A stretch of DNA of 34,708 nucleotides from Candidatus Iainarchaeum sp. (lineage in GTDB: Archaea > Iainarchaeota > Iainarchaeia > Iainarchaeales > JAAZKV01). This document shows, in pieces, positions 22,745 through 30,264 of this stretch. The DNA lies in the NCBI GenBank assembly GCA_018691995.1, contig JABHJM010000046.1, positions 1 to 34,708 of the forward strand. Direction: 5' to 3'. Numbering within the stretch: the stretch's first letter is position 1; each line of letters begins with the position of its first letter. A program made the position numbers and the translations under genes. Below the pieces are notes generated by a model, which worked only from the letters and a program-made list of their open reading frames with translations, had not been told where the DNA came from and did no database searches.

Positions 22745-25051
22745 ATGAAGATTGGTGGAATGCAAGTTGGAGAGTATGTTGTAAAAAGTGTTGGTGGAAA
22801 GAGAGCACTTATTTTTGATTGTAAACATTGTCCATATAGGGCAAGCATTGCAGAAGATCATCATTGTCGTTTTCACGTTTTAAAAATTTTAGGACAACTT
22901 GAAGCAGATACAGTTGTTTTTGCAGAAGTATATGAGAGAGTATATGCAGAAGCACAAACAAAAATGCTAATGGAAGTAGCAAACCTTGCACAAAAGTTTG
23001 TTGTTCAAAGTATTTGGAGTTATAATCATTTAGGACGACCAAAAAAAGAATGCGAACCTTTCTTTCCAGAAAGACACAGAATAATGGTAAAAATTGCACG
23101 GGACCTAATTACATTCGATCCACTCTTAGCGTACCTAACTCTAATGGAGGAACTTAAGAAACAAGAAGTAAAAGTAAAACAAGGAAGTGCTGAATATATT
23201 GATTGTGCAGAACCCTATGTTGCAACTCTTGTTCAAATGAAAAATTCATTTGATATTTTAACACTTACAATAAAAGCAAGAAAATTATTAACAGAATTAA
23301 CCGAAATTCCAAATACAAAAGTAATGTACAAATCAATTTTTGAAGCAGAAATAAAACCTTCATTTATTGGATCAAAATTATCTTTTGAGGGGATGGAAAA
23401 TTTAGAATTAATGGATGAATATAATGTTCGTGAATCAACAGTACAAGTTTTTTCAGATCCAGATAGGGTAGAAAAAATTTATCAAATTAATCCACCTGAA
23501 TATTCACTAGCGCCAGACCAATATTTTATTCTTAGTAAAACTCGTGAAATAGTTGCATCGTATCGTCCAGGAAAAACATCACTTAGTACAGTTGCAACTT
23601 CAAGAAAATATTTTGAACGTTTATATGAAGCAACAATAAAAGAAGTTGCACAATTTCATAAAGTAAGATTAAGTCCGGGGGAAATGTCTTCACTAAGTAA
23701 AGTAGTAGCTCGTTACACAGTAGGTTATGGTATCCTTGAAGTACTTCTTAATGATAGACGTGTAACAGACATTTATCTTGATGCTCCAATTGGAGGAAAA
23801 CCAATTTATGTTGTGCATAGTGATTATGGGCAATGTCAAACAAATGTTACATTCACTGAAAACGAATCAAATTCATTAATTTCAAAACTTCGTGCAATGA
23901 GTGCTCGTCCATTTGATGAAGCACACCCAGTGCTTGATTTTGATTTACAAGATCTTGAAACACGTGTTGCAGTAATTGGGCCACCCCTCTCACCAAGCGG
24001 AGCAGCTTATGCATTTCGTTTACACAAATTAACTCCATGGACACTTGAACAATTTATTGATGTAGATTATCTAAACCCATTAGCGGCCGGAATGATTTCG
24101 TTCTTTATTGATATGCAAAGTACAACTTTAATAGCAGGTTCACGTGGTAGTGGAAAAACATCTTTACTTGGAGCAACTATTCAAGAAATTCCACAAAATT
24201 CTCGTATAATAATTCAAGAAGACACAATGGAACTTCCAGTTGATTATTTGAAAAATATTGGTTTTAATATTCAAAGACTCAAAACAAAAAGTGCAATTAG
24301 TGTAAGTAAAACAGAAACTGAGGTAGCACCAGAAGAAGCACTAAGAACATCACTACGTCTTGGTGACTCTGCACTAATTTTAGGAGAAGTAAGAAGTACT
24401 GAAGCAAAAGTACTTTATGAAGCAATGAGAGTAGGTGCAGCAGGAAATGTTGTAATGGGAACAATCCACGCAGATAGTGCTTATAGTGTATGGGACAGAG
24501 TTGTAAATGATCTTGGAGTTCCAACAACTTCGTTTAAAGCAACTGATATTGTAATAGTTGCTCGTCCAATTCGTTTCAAGGGGTCACTTACAAGACACCG
24601 TAGAGTTGTAGAAATAACAGAGGTAAAAAAGCATTGGGATAAGGATCCAGAAAGAGAAGGTGGCCTATTAAAGTTAATGTCTTATGAAGCAAAGACTGAT
24701 AATTTAGAATTACAAGAAGACAATTTAAAAGAAAGTGATTTGTTAAAAAAGATTCAAAAAACTTCAGGGTTAAGTGTTAATGATATTTGGTCAGAAATAA
24801 GACTTCGTGGAAATGCAAAACTATTTTTAGTAGAACAAAAAAGTGAACTTGATCTTCCAGAACTTTTAGAAGCAATTAACACTTCTAGTGGAAATAATAA
24901 ATTACTTTTAATGAAAGAAAAAATGATTGAAGAAGAAGGTAGTGTTAATTATGATCAACTTTTAGGCCAGTGGAAAAACTGGGTAACAACAAAACTTATT
25001 CCTCGAGTAAAAAGAGCTAGTGTAGCTAATAAGAAGAAAAAGAAAGAATGA
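22745..25051 (+). CDS. Type II/IV secretion-system ATPase family protein (archaeal FlaI/PilB/GspE/VirB11-like), unusually long
   Basis: 768 aa. Motifs seen: Walker A GSRGSGKTS (24137-24163), Asp box IIIQEDTMELP, Walker B-like LILGEVRSTEA, His box MGTIHAD. Upstream lies the N2-type domain VTDIYLDAPIGGKPIYVVHSDYG...VAVIGPPLSPSGAAYAFR. An extra ~330-aa N-terminal region carries a CKHCPY...HHCRFH cluster. A ~130-aa C-terminal extension ends in KKKKKE. A GTGAG SD-like box lies 4 nt upstream of the ATG. Confidence 0.85.
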   Translation: MKIGGMQVGEYVVKSVGGKRALIFDCKHCPYRASIAEDHHCRFHVLKILGQLEADTVVFAEVYERVYAEAQTKMLMEVANLAQKFVVQSIWSYNHLGRPKKECEPFFPERHRIMVKIARDLITFDPLLAYLTLMEELKKQEVKVKQGSAEYIDCAEPYVATLVQMKNSFDILTLTIKARKLLTELTEIPNTKVMYKSIFEAEIKPSFIGSKLSFEGMENLELMDEYNVRESTVQVFSDPDRVEKIYQINPPEYSLAPDQYFILSKTREIVASYRPGKTSLSTVATSRKYFERLYEATIKEVAQFHKVRLSPGEMSSLSKVVARYTVGYGILEVLLNDRRVTDIYLDAPIGGKPIYVVHSDYGQCQTNVTFTENESNSLISKLRAMSARPFDEAHPVLDFDLQDLETRVAVIGPPLSPSGAAYAFRLHKLTPWTLEQFIDVDYLNPLAAGMISFFIDMQSTTLIAGSRGSGKTSLLGATIQEIPQNSRIIIQEDTMELPVDYLKNIGFNIQRLKTKSAISVSKTETEVAPEEALRTSLRLGDSALILGEVRSTEAKVLYEAMRVGAAGNVVMGTIHADSAYSVWDRVVNDLGVPTTSFKATDIVIVARPIRFKGSLTRHRRVVEITEVKKHWDKDPEREGGLLKLMSYEAKTDNLELQEDNLKESDLLKKIQKTSGLSVNDIWSEIRLRGNAKLFLVEQKSELDLPELLEAINTSSGNNKLLLMKEKMIEEEGSVNYDQLLGQWKNWVTTKLIPRVKRASVANKKKKKE

Positions 25052-25124
25052 TTATACTTTTTATTAGATTTATGTACTTCAAGAATAATTAGGAGAATTT
25101 CAATTATTATATTGGTTTTTTGAT

Positions 25125-25424
25125 CTAAAGTTCTTTTTCATTTCTATATTCTTCAGATAATTTGCCATATTGTTTGAGTAATTCTTCTTTTATTTCAAAC
25201 TCTAAGTCATTAAAATTAGCTCTTCTTTCTCTATACTTGGGAAATTTATTAATCTCTGATTTTAAATCCACGTCTACCAAAACCTTGTTTAACGAAGAAT
25301 AAGTAGTGTGTAATAGCTCCGGTCTTACGTAAGCGGTTGTAGTAAATTCAAATTTTATAGTATTTGTAATATCAGGTGATAATACTCTCGATTTGTTTTT
25401 TAAAAGTTTTTTATTTAAGTATTT
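25125..25424 (-). pseudogene. 99-codon open frame lacking any ATG, overlapping the 3' end of the 221-aa gene in another frame. It may be a frameshifted gene remnant or a continuation.
   Basis: Hand translation of the minus strand gives KYLNKKLLKNKSRVLSPDITNTIKFEFTTTAYVRPELLHTTYSSLNKVLVDVDLKSEINKFPKYRERRANFNDLEFEIKEELLKQYGKLSEEYRNEKEL*. It is bounded by TAG (25427..25425) and TAG (25127..25125). The first possible alternative start (TTG) would give only ~51 aa. Confidence 0.25.
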
Positions 25425-26076
25425 CTAGAATTTCATTAATCTCATCAAGAGATGCTTTTTTTAAAAAATCCCTTTTTGATATTTTAAACACACTCTCATA
25501 ACAACTTCTAACAACTTCCATTTTGGAAGGATCTATATTAAAAATTTTAATTAGCAACTCTAAATCTATATTTTCATAGGATATATCAAAAACATTACCC
25601 CTAGTACTTTTTAATATTGAAAGCTGATTACACATATATTTGTTTATTGGCCCAATAACTCTTGCGTGTTGGATTAAACCACCGTCCAAGTTTCTTCTTG
25701 AATCTATGCAATTAAAGATATTTCGTTGTAAATGTATAAATTTCATTTCGCAATACTTGAAAAAAAGTTCATTCAAATAAATAATGTCGTATTGGTCATC
25801 GACAGTTCTAAATTTAGCCCAGGGGTAGGAACAATCAAAAAAGATTATTTTTTCAGTATTCTCTTCAAAAAATTTGGAAATCTTTTCTTCAAATATCTGC
25901 TTACTATACTTTCGTTTGGCAAAAAAATCTTTCAAAATATTTTGAATAGGTGATCTACTAACCAATTTATAATCACCAGCCTTGAAAAGCATAGATTTTA
26001 TTAGAGGTTCTAAACCATGATGTCCTGAACCCTCTAAACCCACAACATGAACACATAATGGTTTTTCACTTACCAT
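25411..26076 (-). CDS. Hypothetical protein, possibly a P-loop/sulfotransferase-like fold
   Basis: 221 aa. The Gly-rich N-terminal loop VHVVGLEGSGHHGL and the later FIHLQRNIFNCIDSRRN loosely resemble sulfotransferase 5'-PSB and 3'-PB PAPS-binding motifs. No stronger signature is visible. Confidence 0.3.
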   Translation of the reverse strand: MVSEKPLCVHVVGLEGSGHHGLEPLIKSMLFKAGDYKLVSRSPIQNILKDFFAKRKYSKQIFEEKISKFFEENTEKIIFFDCSYPWAKFRTVDDQYDIIYLNELFFKYCEMKFIHLQRNIFNCIDSRRNLDGGLIQHARVIGPINKYMCNQLSILKSTRGNVFDISYENIDLELLIKIFNIDPSKMEVVRSCYESVFKISKRDFLKKASLDEINEILEILK

Positions 26077-26171
26077 ATTTTATTAGCGGTTGTCAAACTT
26101 TAATAAACTTTCTTGTAGCATTCGTGTGTTTTAAGCGTAGTTATTACATGATTTATTTCCAGTGTCATTTC

Positions 26172-29100
26172 TTATTGTGCATTTAATTTATTTAACGCCG
26201 CGTTTTTGATTACTGAAAAACCAAGTCGATTTAAGTGATTAGGGCTAGTTACATGTTCTTTTTTTATGATTTTTGATAGATTTAGAAAATCTATATTAAG
26301 CTGGTCACAACACATTGAAAGTTGATCTATAAATTTTTCTCTTTTGATGAAATTAAATGGGTTGATATGAGAAACTATTAGTAAATGTTTATTTGAAGTA
26401 ATTTCTTTTATTATTTTTAAGTCGTTAAATAGTTCATCTTTTGATTGAATACTAGCAATTTTACTAGGTTTTTCAGAATTATTATCACCATCTCCACGGT
26501 CAGCCGCAAGATGATGGATGTAAAAATCACCTTCTTTATATATTTTTTGCGAACAAATCTCAAGGATAATTGAGCTTGAATTAGAGTATTCGTTTAATAA
26601 TTTTTTTTTGTCAATTTGTAATATATCTTTACCTTCATTTACTTGTAAAAACTGAGATCGAAAAACTTTTGCTTCTAAATTATGAGGGATATCTATCTTG
26701 TTTTCTATGTAATTTAAATATTGAATAAACTCTTTAGTATTATGAGTGTGTTGTATAATATGATGATATGGTAGCGGTTTAACTATTGAATCCATTCTAC
26801 AGGAAGAACTAATAAATAAATTATCCTTATTCTTATGGTCTTGAACCCAAATATCGTTCTTATTAGAGATAATTATTTTTCCTTTATGCCTTTTTACAAA
26901 CACACATATATTACGCTTTTTTGATCCTAAACCGAGATTCTTTTCAAATTTAAATCCTGGAAAAATTCTTTCACAATATTCATAAAATTCTTCCCAAGAT
27001 TGAAAATTCCAGGCTGAAGTTCTGACCCAAGAGCCTTCGTGAGGTTGAGCACCGTGTTCTATGAGTTTAGCTTCTATGATAATTCTGTTACAAGCATTTG
27101 CAACTTTTTGTGCATTTTTTACAACATTTCTCGTGTGATGCAAAACAGAAAATAACATGATAGTACCACAATCTTCAATTTCATCGGTTTGATCAATATC
27201 GACATGATAATAGTTAATTTTCTTGTCCAGTATATTAGCAATAATCTTAGCTGCTATAACTACTCTTTTGTCATTATCAATCCCTGTAATGTTACATCCA
27301 CGGTCATACAAATATTGACAAAGAAGGCCCGTATTACAGCCTATATCTAGTACTTTCTCTCCTTTTTCAAACTTAATGGTGTCAAGTAGTTTTCCTCTAA
27401 TATCTATTTTTCTTGAACCATCTGTAAACACATCCTCACTTTTAATTGTGTGATAAATTCCAGTCTCACTATTAGTTGTAATCTGGTTTTTTATAAGCGT
27501 TGTTTCTCCCAAATTAAAACAATTACTCCTAAAAAGTGTTTTAAGATTTGTTTTCGTGTATTTTTCTAGAAGCCTTATCCAGTTTCTTTTGCCGTATTTT
27601 TGTTCATAATAAGAAGAACAAAATTCAAAAAATTTTTCATTTGAAAAATTACTCTGTTCATCAGTTAGATAAATGGCTTGATCGTAATCGATAAGATGGC
27701 ATAAACTTTTCGAGGAATCAAATCGAATATTTTCAATTTTAATGTCTCCCTGAAATATGCCAAGCCTTTTTTGTTCCAAAATTGCCAAAACAATATCTGC
27801 TAATCTTGGCTCACCATCATTTGGGACATACTCTTGTATAATATATTCGTACTTTTCCTTAATAAGGCGATTTATGTTTTCTCTAGAATTAATTATTTTT
27901 AGCAGCTCCTCTTTTGAAATTACTCCATACTCATAAACTTTAGGACAGGTAACGCACTGCTTGTTATTAAGGTGTTTCATAACCTCATACTCGCTCTTGA
28001 TAGTTCTCTCTTTTCCAGGATTTCTTATTAACTCAATCTTGATAATATAATTACTTTTCGTGTCAATACCTATTAAGACGTCTTCTCGTTTATTAAAATA
28101 AAATTTTTTAAAATTTAAGTTCTTATACTCCCCATGGCGAATTACTTTTTTAAGATTATATTTATTACTGTTGATCAGATTCTTTGAAAGAATATTTTGA
28201 TTAATAGTACTGATTAATCTCTTGTCGTTATTTTCTCGGTTCCTTTGTTTAAGAGTTTTTTTGAAATCTTTCTCATAATTAAAGATAGGGTTTAGCCATT
28301 CAAGATCTTCTTTAAATACTTTTTTTACTAGTGTAAATAATTGAGGATACTTTTCATAATATTTGTAATATTCATTTTGATCTACAGTTCCTACATTTCT
28401 TCTTTGTTTTATATTAATATTTAAATCATATGCCTTATTCCAGATACCTAAAAATTCTTCAAGTTTTTCTGTTTGCCATAATAAATCTATTTGTGTATTG
28501 TTGAATGCATTTCGCTTAAATGTTTTTTTTTGAGGATAAAAATGAGAAATTATTCGATTACTTTTCCCATCACATATTTCTTTGTGAAGAAAATTAACAT
28601 ATTGGGCTATGTTCATATTATCCAGATTTATTCCTTTAGCACTATATCTTTTTTTACACTCATTAAACATTTTATGTTTTAGAAATTCGTATGATGATAT
28701 AACTCTTAAAAAAGGAGATCTAACTATGAAAAAGACCTTTCTTTCTTTAGTCTTAACTTCTTCTTCAAGTTTTGCATCTGATTCTTTTTTACTATTTTCT
28801 CCATAGAATTGTCTTAATCCATCCTTTTGTTCGAAAAGACAAGGAAAATCTAATTTATCTAATGATAAATTACGTATGATAGTCGTTCCAACTTTTGATG
28901 AGCCAACAAACACATGTTTATTATTTTTCCAATAGCGAATTACTTTTTTAAGATTATATTTATTACTGTTGATCAGATTCTTTGAAAGAATATTTTTATT
29001 AGGATTAATGCCCTTGTGGGTGTATTGTGCTGGGTTTAGTGCATCAACAGCAATCAATTCTTTATTCCATAGCTTTATGAAATTAGAAACATTTGATTTT

Positions 29101-30050
29101 TGATGAATTAATACATCACATTTTGCTAGAAGAAGCGCTTCAACTAAAACGTCTTCTCCAAGTTTAAAACCTGACACTTTAGGTAATTTATTTTGTTTTT
29201 TTAATAAGTGCATTTCTCCTCCTTTTGTTCTAAATGCAGGATATTCTATTACTCGATCCCCATACCTTAGTTTAATTCTGTTCAAGATAGTTGAATCATC
29301 AGAAGTTACAAATAATTTTGATTCAGGATTCCTTCTAATAAAACGATTAATTAATCGGAAGTATTCTTTATAAGGAACAGCAGTTATTTCTCCTTCTGGG
29401 GAAGAATTTGAATCACAATTATATCCAAGATTTATTAGTTGGCGTTTTATTTCGATATTGTGTCCCGGCCCACGAAAGTGCACACCCATAACTTTTTTTC
29501 CTTTAAAATTTTCTTCTACGAATTTCTCTACTTTTTTTATTATGTGTAATTTAATAGTAAAAAAATCTCTGAAATCAAAATCTGGCGGATTTACTCTAGA
29601 TAATCCAAATCTTTTTTCAGGGATATTAATAAATTTTATATTGTAATCATTATTTTTTATTAGATTATTTTCCAAATCCCGTTTTAGTTCCATTGCGGAC
29701 TTCACATGATCATTTAATACTGGAAAATAGTCTTCAATATGTTCAGTTTTTTTAAGCTGAAAATAATAGTCAAATACATTTCTTTCTCCATTATGCTCCT
29801 CTGGATCCCAATAGCATGTCTTTTTTGTCCAATAGGGTATTACAATATCTGGAGTTTGTTTTTTATTATTTTCATACAAAAATTTTGAAAATTCTATTAG
29901 TAAAGAAAATAATCCTGCATCTCTTCCATAATAGATTGTTAAATTAGGTTTTTTGTCTTTTGTTTCTTTAGTGTTTTTAGTGCTGGCTAAATTACTCCTT
30001 ATTTTTGTAATTTGTCTTGATTTATTGGGAGATATAGGTTCTATATTCAT
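26172..30050 (-). CDS. 1292-aa multidomain glycan-tailoring protein: fucosyltransferase-superfamily (GT23/NodZ-like) domain, carbohydrate sulfotransferase, protein-kinase-like fold, class I SAM methyltransferase, and a C-terminal SSCR-motif domain
   Basis: aa ~1-345: VMGVHFRGPG, LFVTSDDSTILNRIK and LVEALLLAKCDVLIHQKSNVSNF (fucosyltransferase-like layout). aa ~375-615: VFVGSSKVGTTIIRNL (5'-PSB-like) and FFIVRSPFLRVISSYEF (3'-PB-like). aa ~640-830: YIIKIE, EYEVMKHL, QGDIKIENIRF (catalytic-loop D-x-K-x-x-N) and LIDYDQA (DFG-equivalent). aa ~895-1010: VLDIGCNTGLLCQYL...ITGIDND...IMLFSVLHH (SAM motifs I, II, IV). aa ~1075-1292: NLFISSSCRMDS ... SPNHLNRLG. Confidence 0.7.
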   Translation of the reverse strand: MNIEPISPNKSRQITKIRSNLASTKNTKETKDKKPNLTIYYGRDAGLFSLLIEFSKFLYENNKKQTPDIVIPYWTKKTCYWDPEEHNGERNVFDYYFQLKKTEHIEDYFPVLNDHVKSAMELKRDLENNLIKNNDYNIKFINIPEKRFGLSRVNPPDFDFRDFFTIKLHIIKKVEKFVEENFKGKKVMGVHFRGPGHNIEIKRQLINLGYNCDSNSSPEGEITAVPYKEYFRLINRFIRRNPESKLFVTSDDSTILNRIKLRYGDRVIEYPAFRTKGGEMHLLKKQNKLPKVSGFKLGEDVLVEALLLAKCDVLIHQKSNVSNFIKLWNKELIAVDALNPAQYTHKGINPNKNILSKNLINSNKYNLKKVIRYWKNNKHVFVGSSKVGTTIIRNLSLDKLDFPCLFEQKDGLRQFYGENSKKESDAKLEEEVKTKERKVFFIVRSPFLRVISSYEFLKHKMFNECKKRYSAKGINLDNMNIAQYVNFLHKEICDGKSNRIISHFYPQKKTFKRNAFNNTQIDLLWQTEKLEEFLGIWNKAYDLNINIKQRRNVGTVDQNEYYKYYEKYPQLFTLVKKVFKEDLEWLNPIFNYEKDFKKTLKQRNRENNDKRLISTINQNILSKNLINSNKYNLKKVIRHGEYKNLNFKKFYFNKREDVLIGIDTKSNYIIKIELIRNPGKERTIKSEYEVMKHLNNKQCVTCPKVYEYGVISKEELLKIINSRENINRLIKEKYEYIIQEYVPNDGEPRLADIVLAILEQKRLGIFQGDIKIENIRFDSSKSLCHLIDYDQAIYLTDEQSNFSNEKFFEFCSSYYEQKYGKRNWIRLLEKYTKTNLKTLFRSNCFNLGETTLIKNQITTNSETGIYHTIKSEDVFTDGSRKIDIRGKLLDTIKFEKGEKVLDIGCNTGLLCQYLYDRGCNITGIDNDKRVVIAAKIIANILDKKINYYHVDIDQTDEIEDCGTIMLFSVLHHTRNVVKNAQKVANACNRIIIEAKLIEHGAQPHEGSWVRTSAWNFQSWEEFYEYCERIFPGFKFEKNLGLGSKKRNICVFVKRHKGKIIISNKNDIWVQDHKNKDNLFISSSCRMDSIVKPLPYHHIIQHTHNTKEFIQYLNYIENKIDIPHNLEAKVFRSQFLQVNEGKDILQIDKKKLLNEYSNSSSIILEICSQKIYKEGDFYIHHLAADRGDGDNNSEKPSKIASIQSKDELFNDLKIIKEITSNKHLLIVSHINPFNFIKREKFIDQLSMCCDQLNIDFLNLSKIIKKEHVTSPNHLNRLGFSVIKNAALNKLNAQ
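28137..28198. repeat. Copy 1 of a perfect 62-bp direct repeat inside the 1292-aa gene
   Basis: gcgaattacttttttaagattatatttattactgttgatcagattctttgaaagaatatttt is identical to 28935-28996. It encodes (Q/K)NILSKNLINSNKYNLKKVIR on the minus strand. Confidence 0.9.
28935..28996. repeat. Copy 2 of the perfect 62-bp direct repeat inside the 1292-aa gene
   Basis: Same 62-mer as 28137-28198. The offset is 798 nt (266 codons, in frame). The two copies bracket the sulfotransferase module. Confidence 0.9.
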
Positions 30051-30264
30051 TTAGTTATGTTCTGCATAGATAATTTATTAAAATAAGTATATTTGCATTG
30101 ATTTTTGTATTAAACTCAATAATAGTTTACTAATTATGGTTAGTTTATTTTATTAAATAGTAATAAAAATTGTATTTTGTTTATCTAATATAGAGATCTT
30201 GAAGAATATTTTAAAAAATTAAACTTTGAGAAATTTGAATTAATCAACAATTAAAGGTAATAAT

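Noticed and set aside
22103-24527. ORFs 22103-22351(+), 22809-23099(-), 23853-24044(-) and 24297-24527(-)
   Set aside because: They are antisense to the AbrB antitoxin and the ATPase, both of which have unambiguous family motifs. Their products are Leu/His/Gln-rich shadow sequences.
26601-28531. A9/T9 homopolymers inside the 1292-aa gene (T9 at 26601-26609 and 28523-28531 on the + strand) as phase-variation sites
   Set aside because: They encode Lys runs (KKK) in a gene with extreme AT content. Such tracts are expected by composition alone, unlike the G/C tract upstream of giant gene C.
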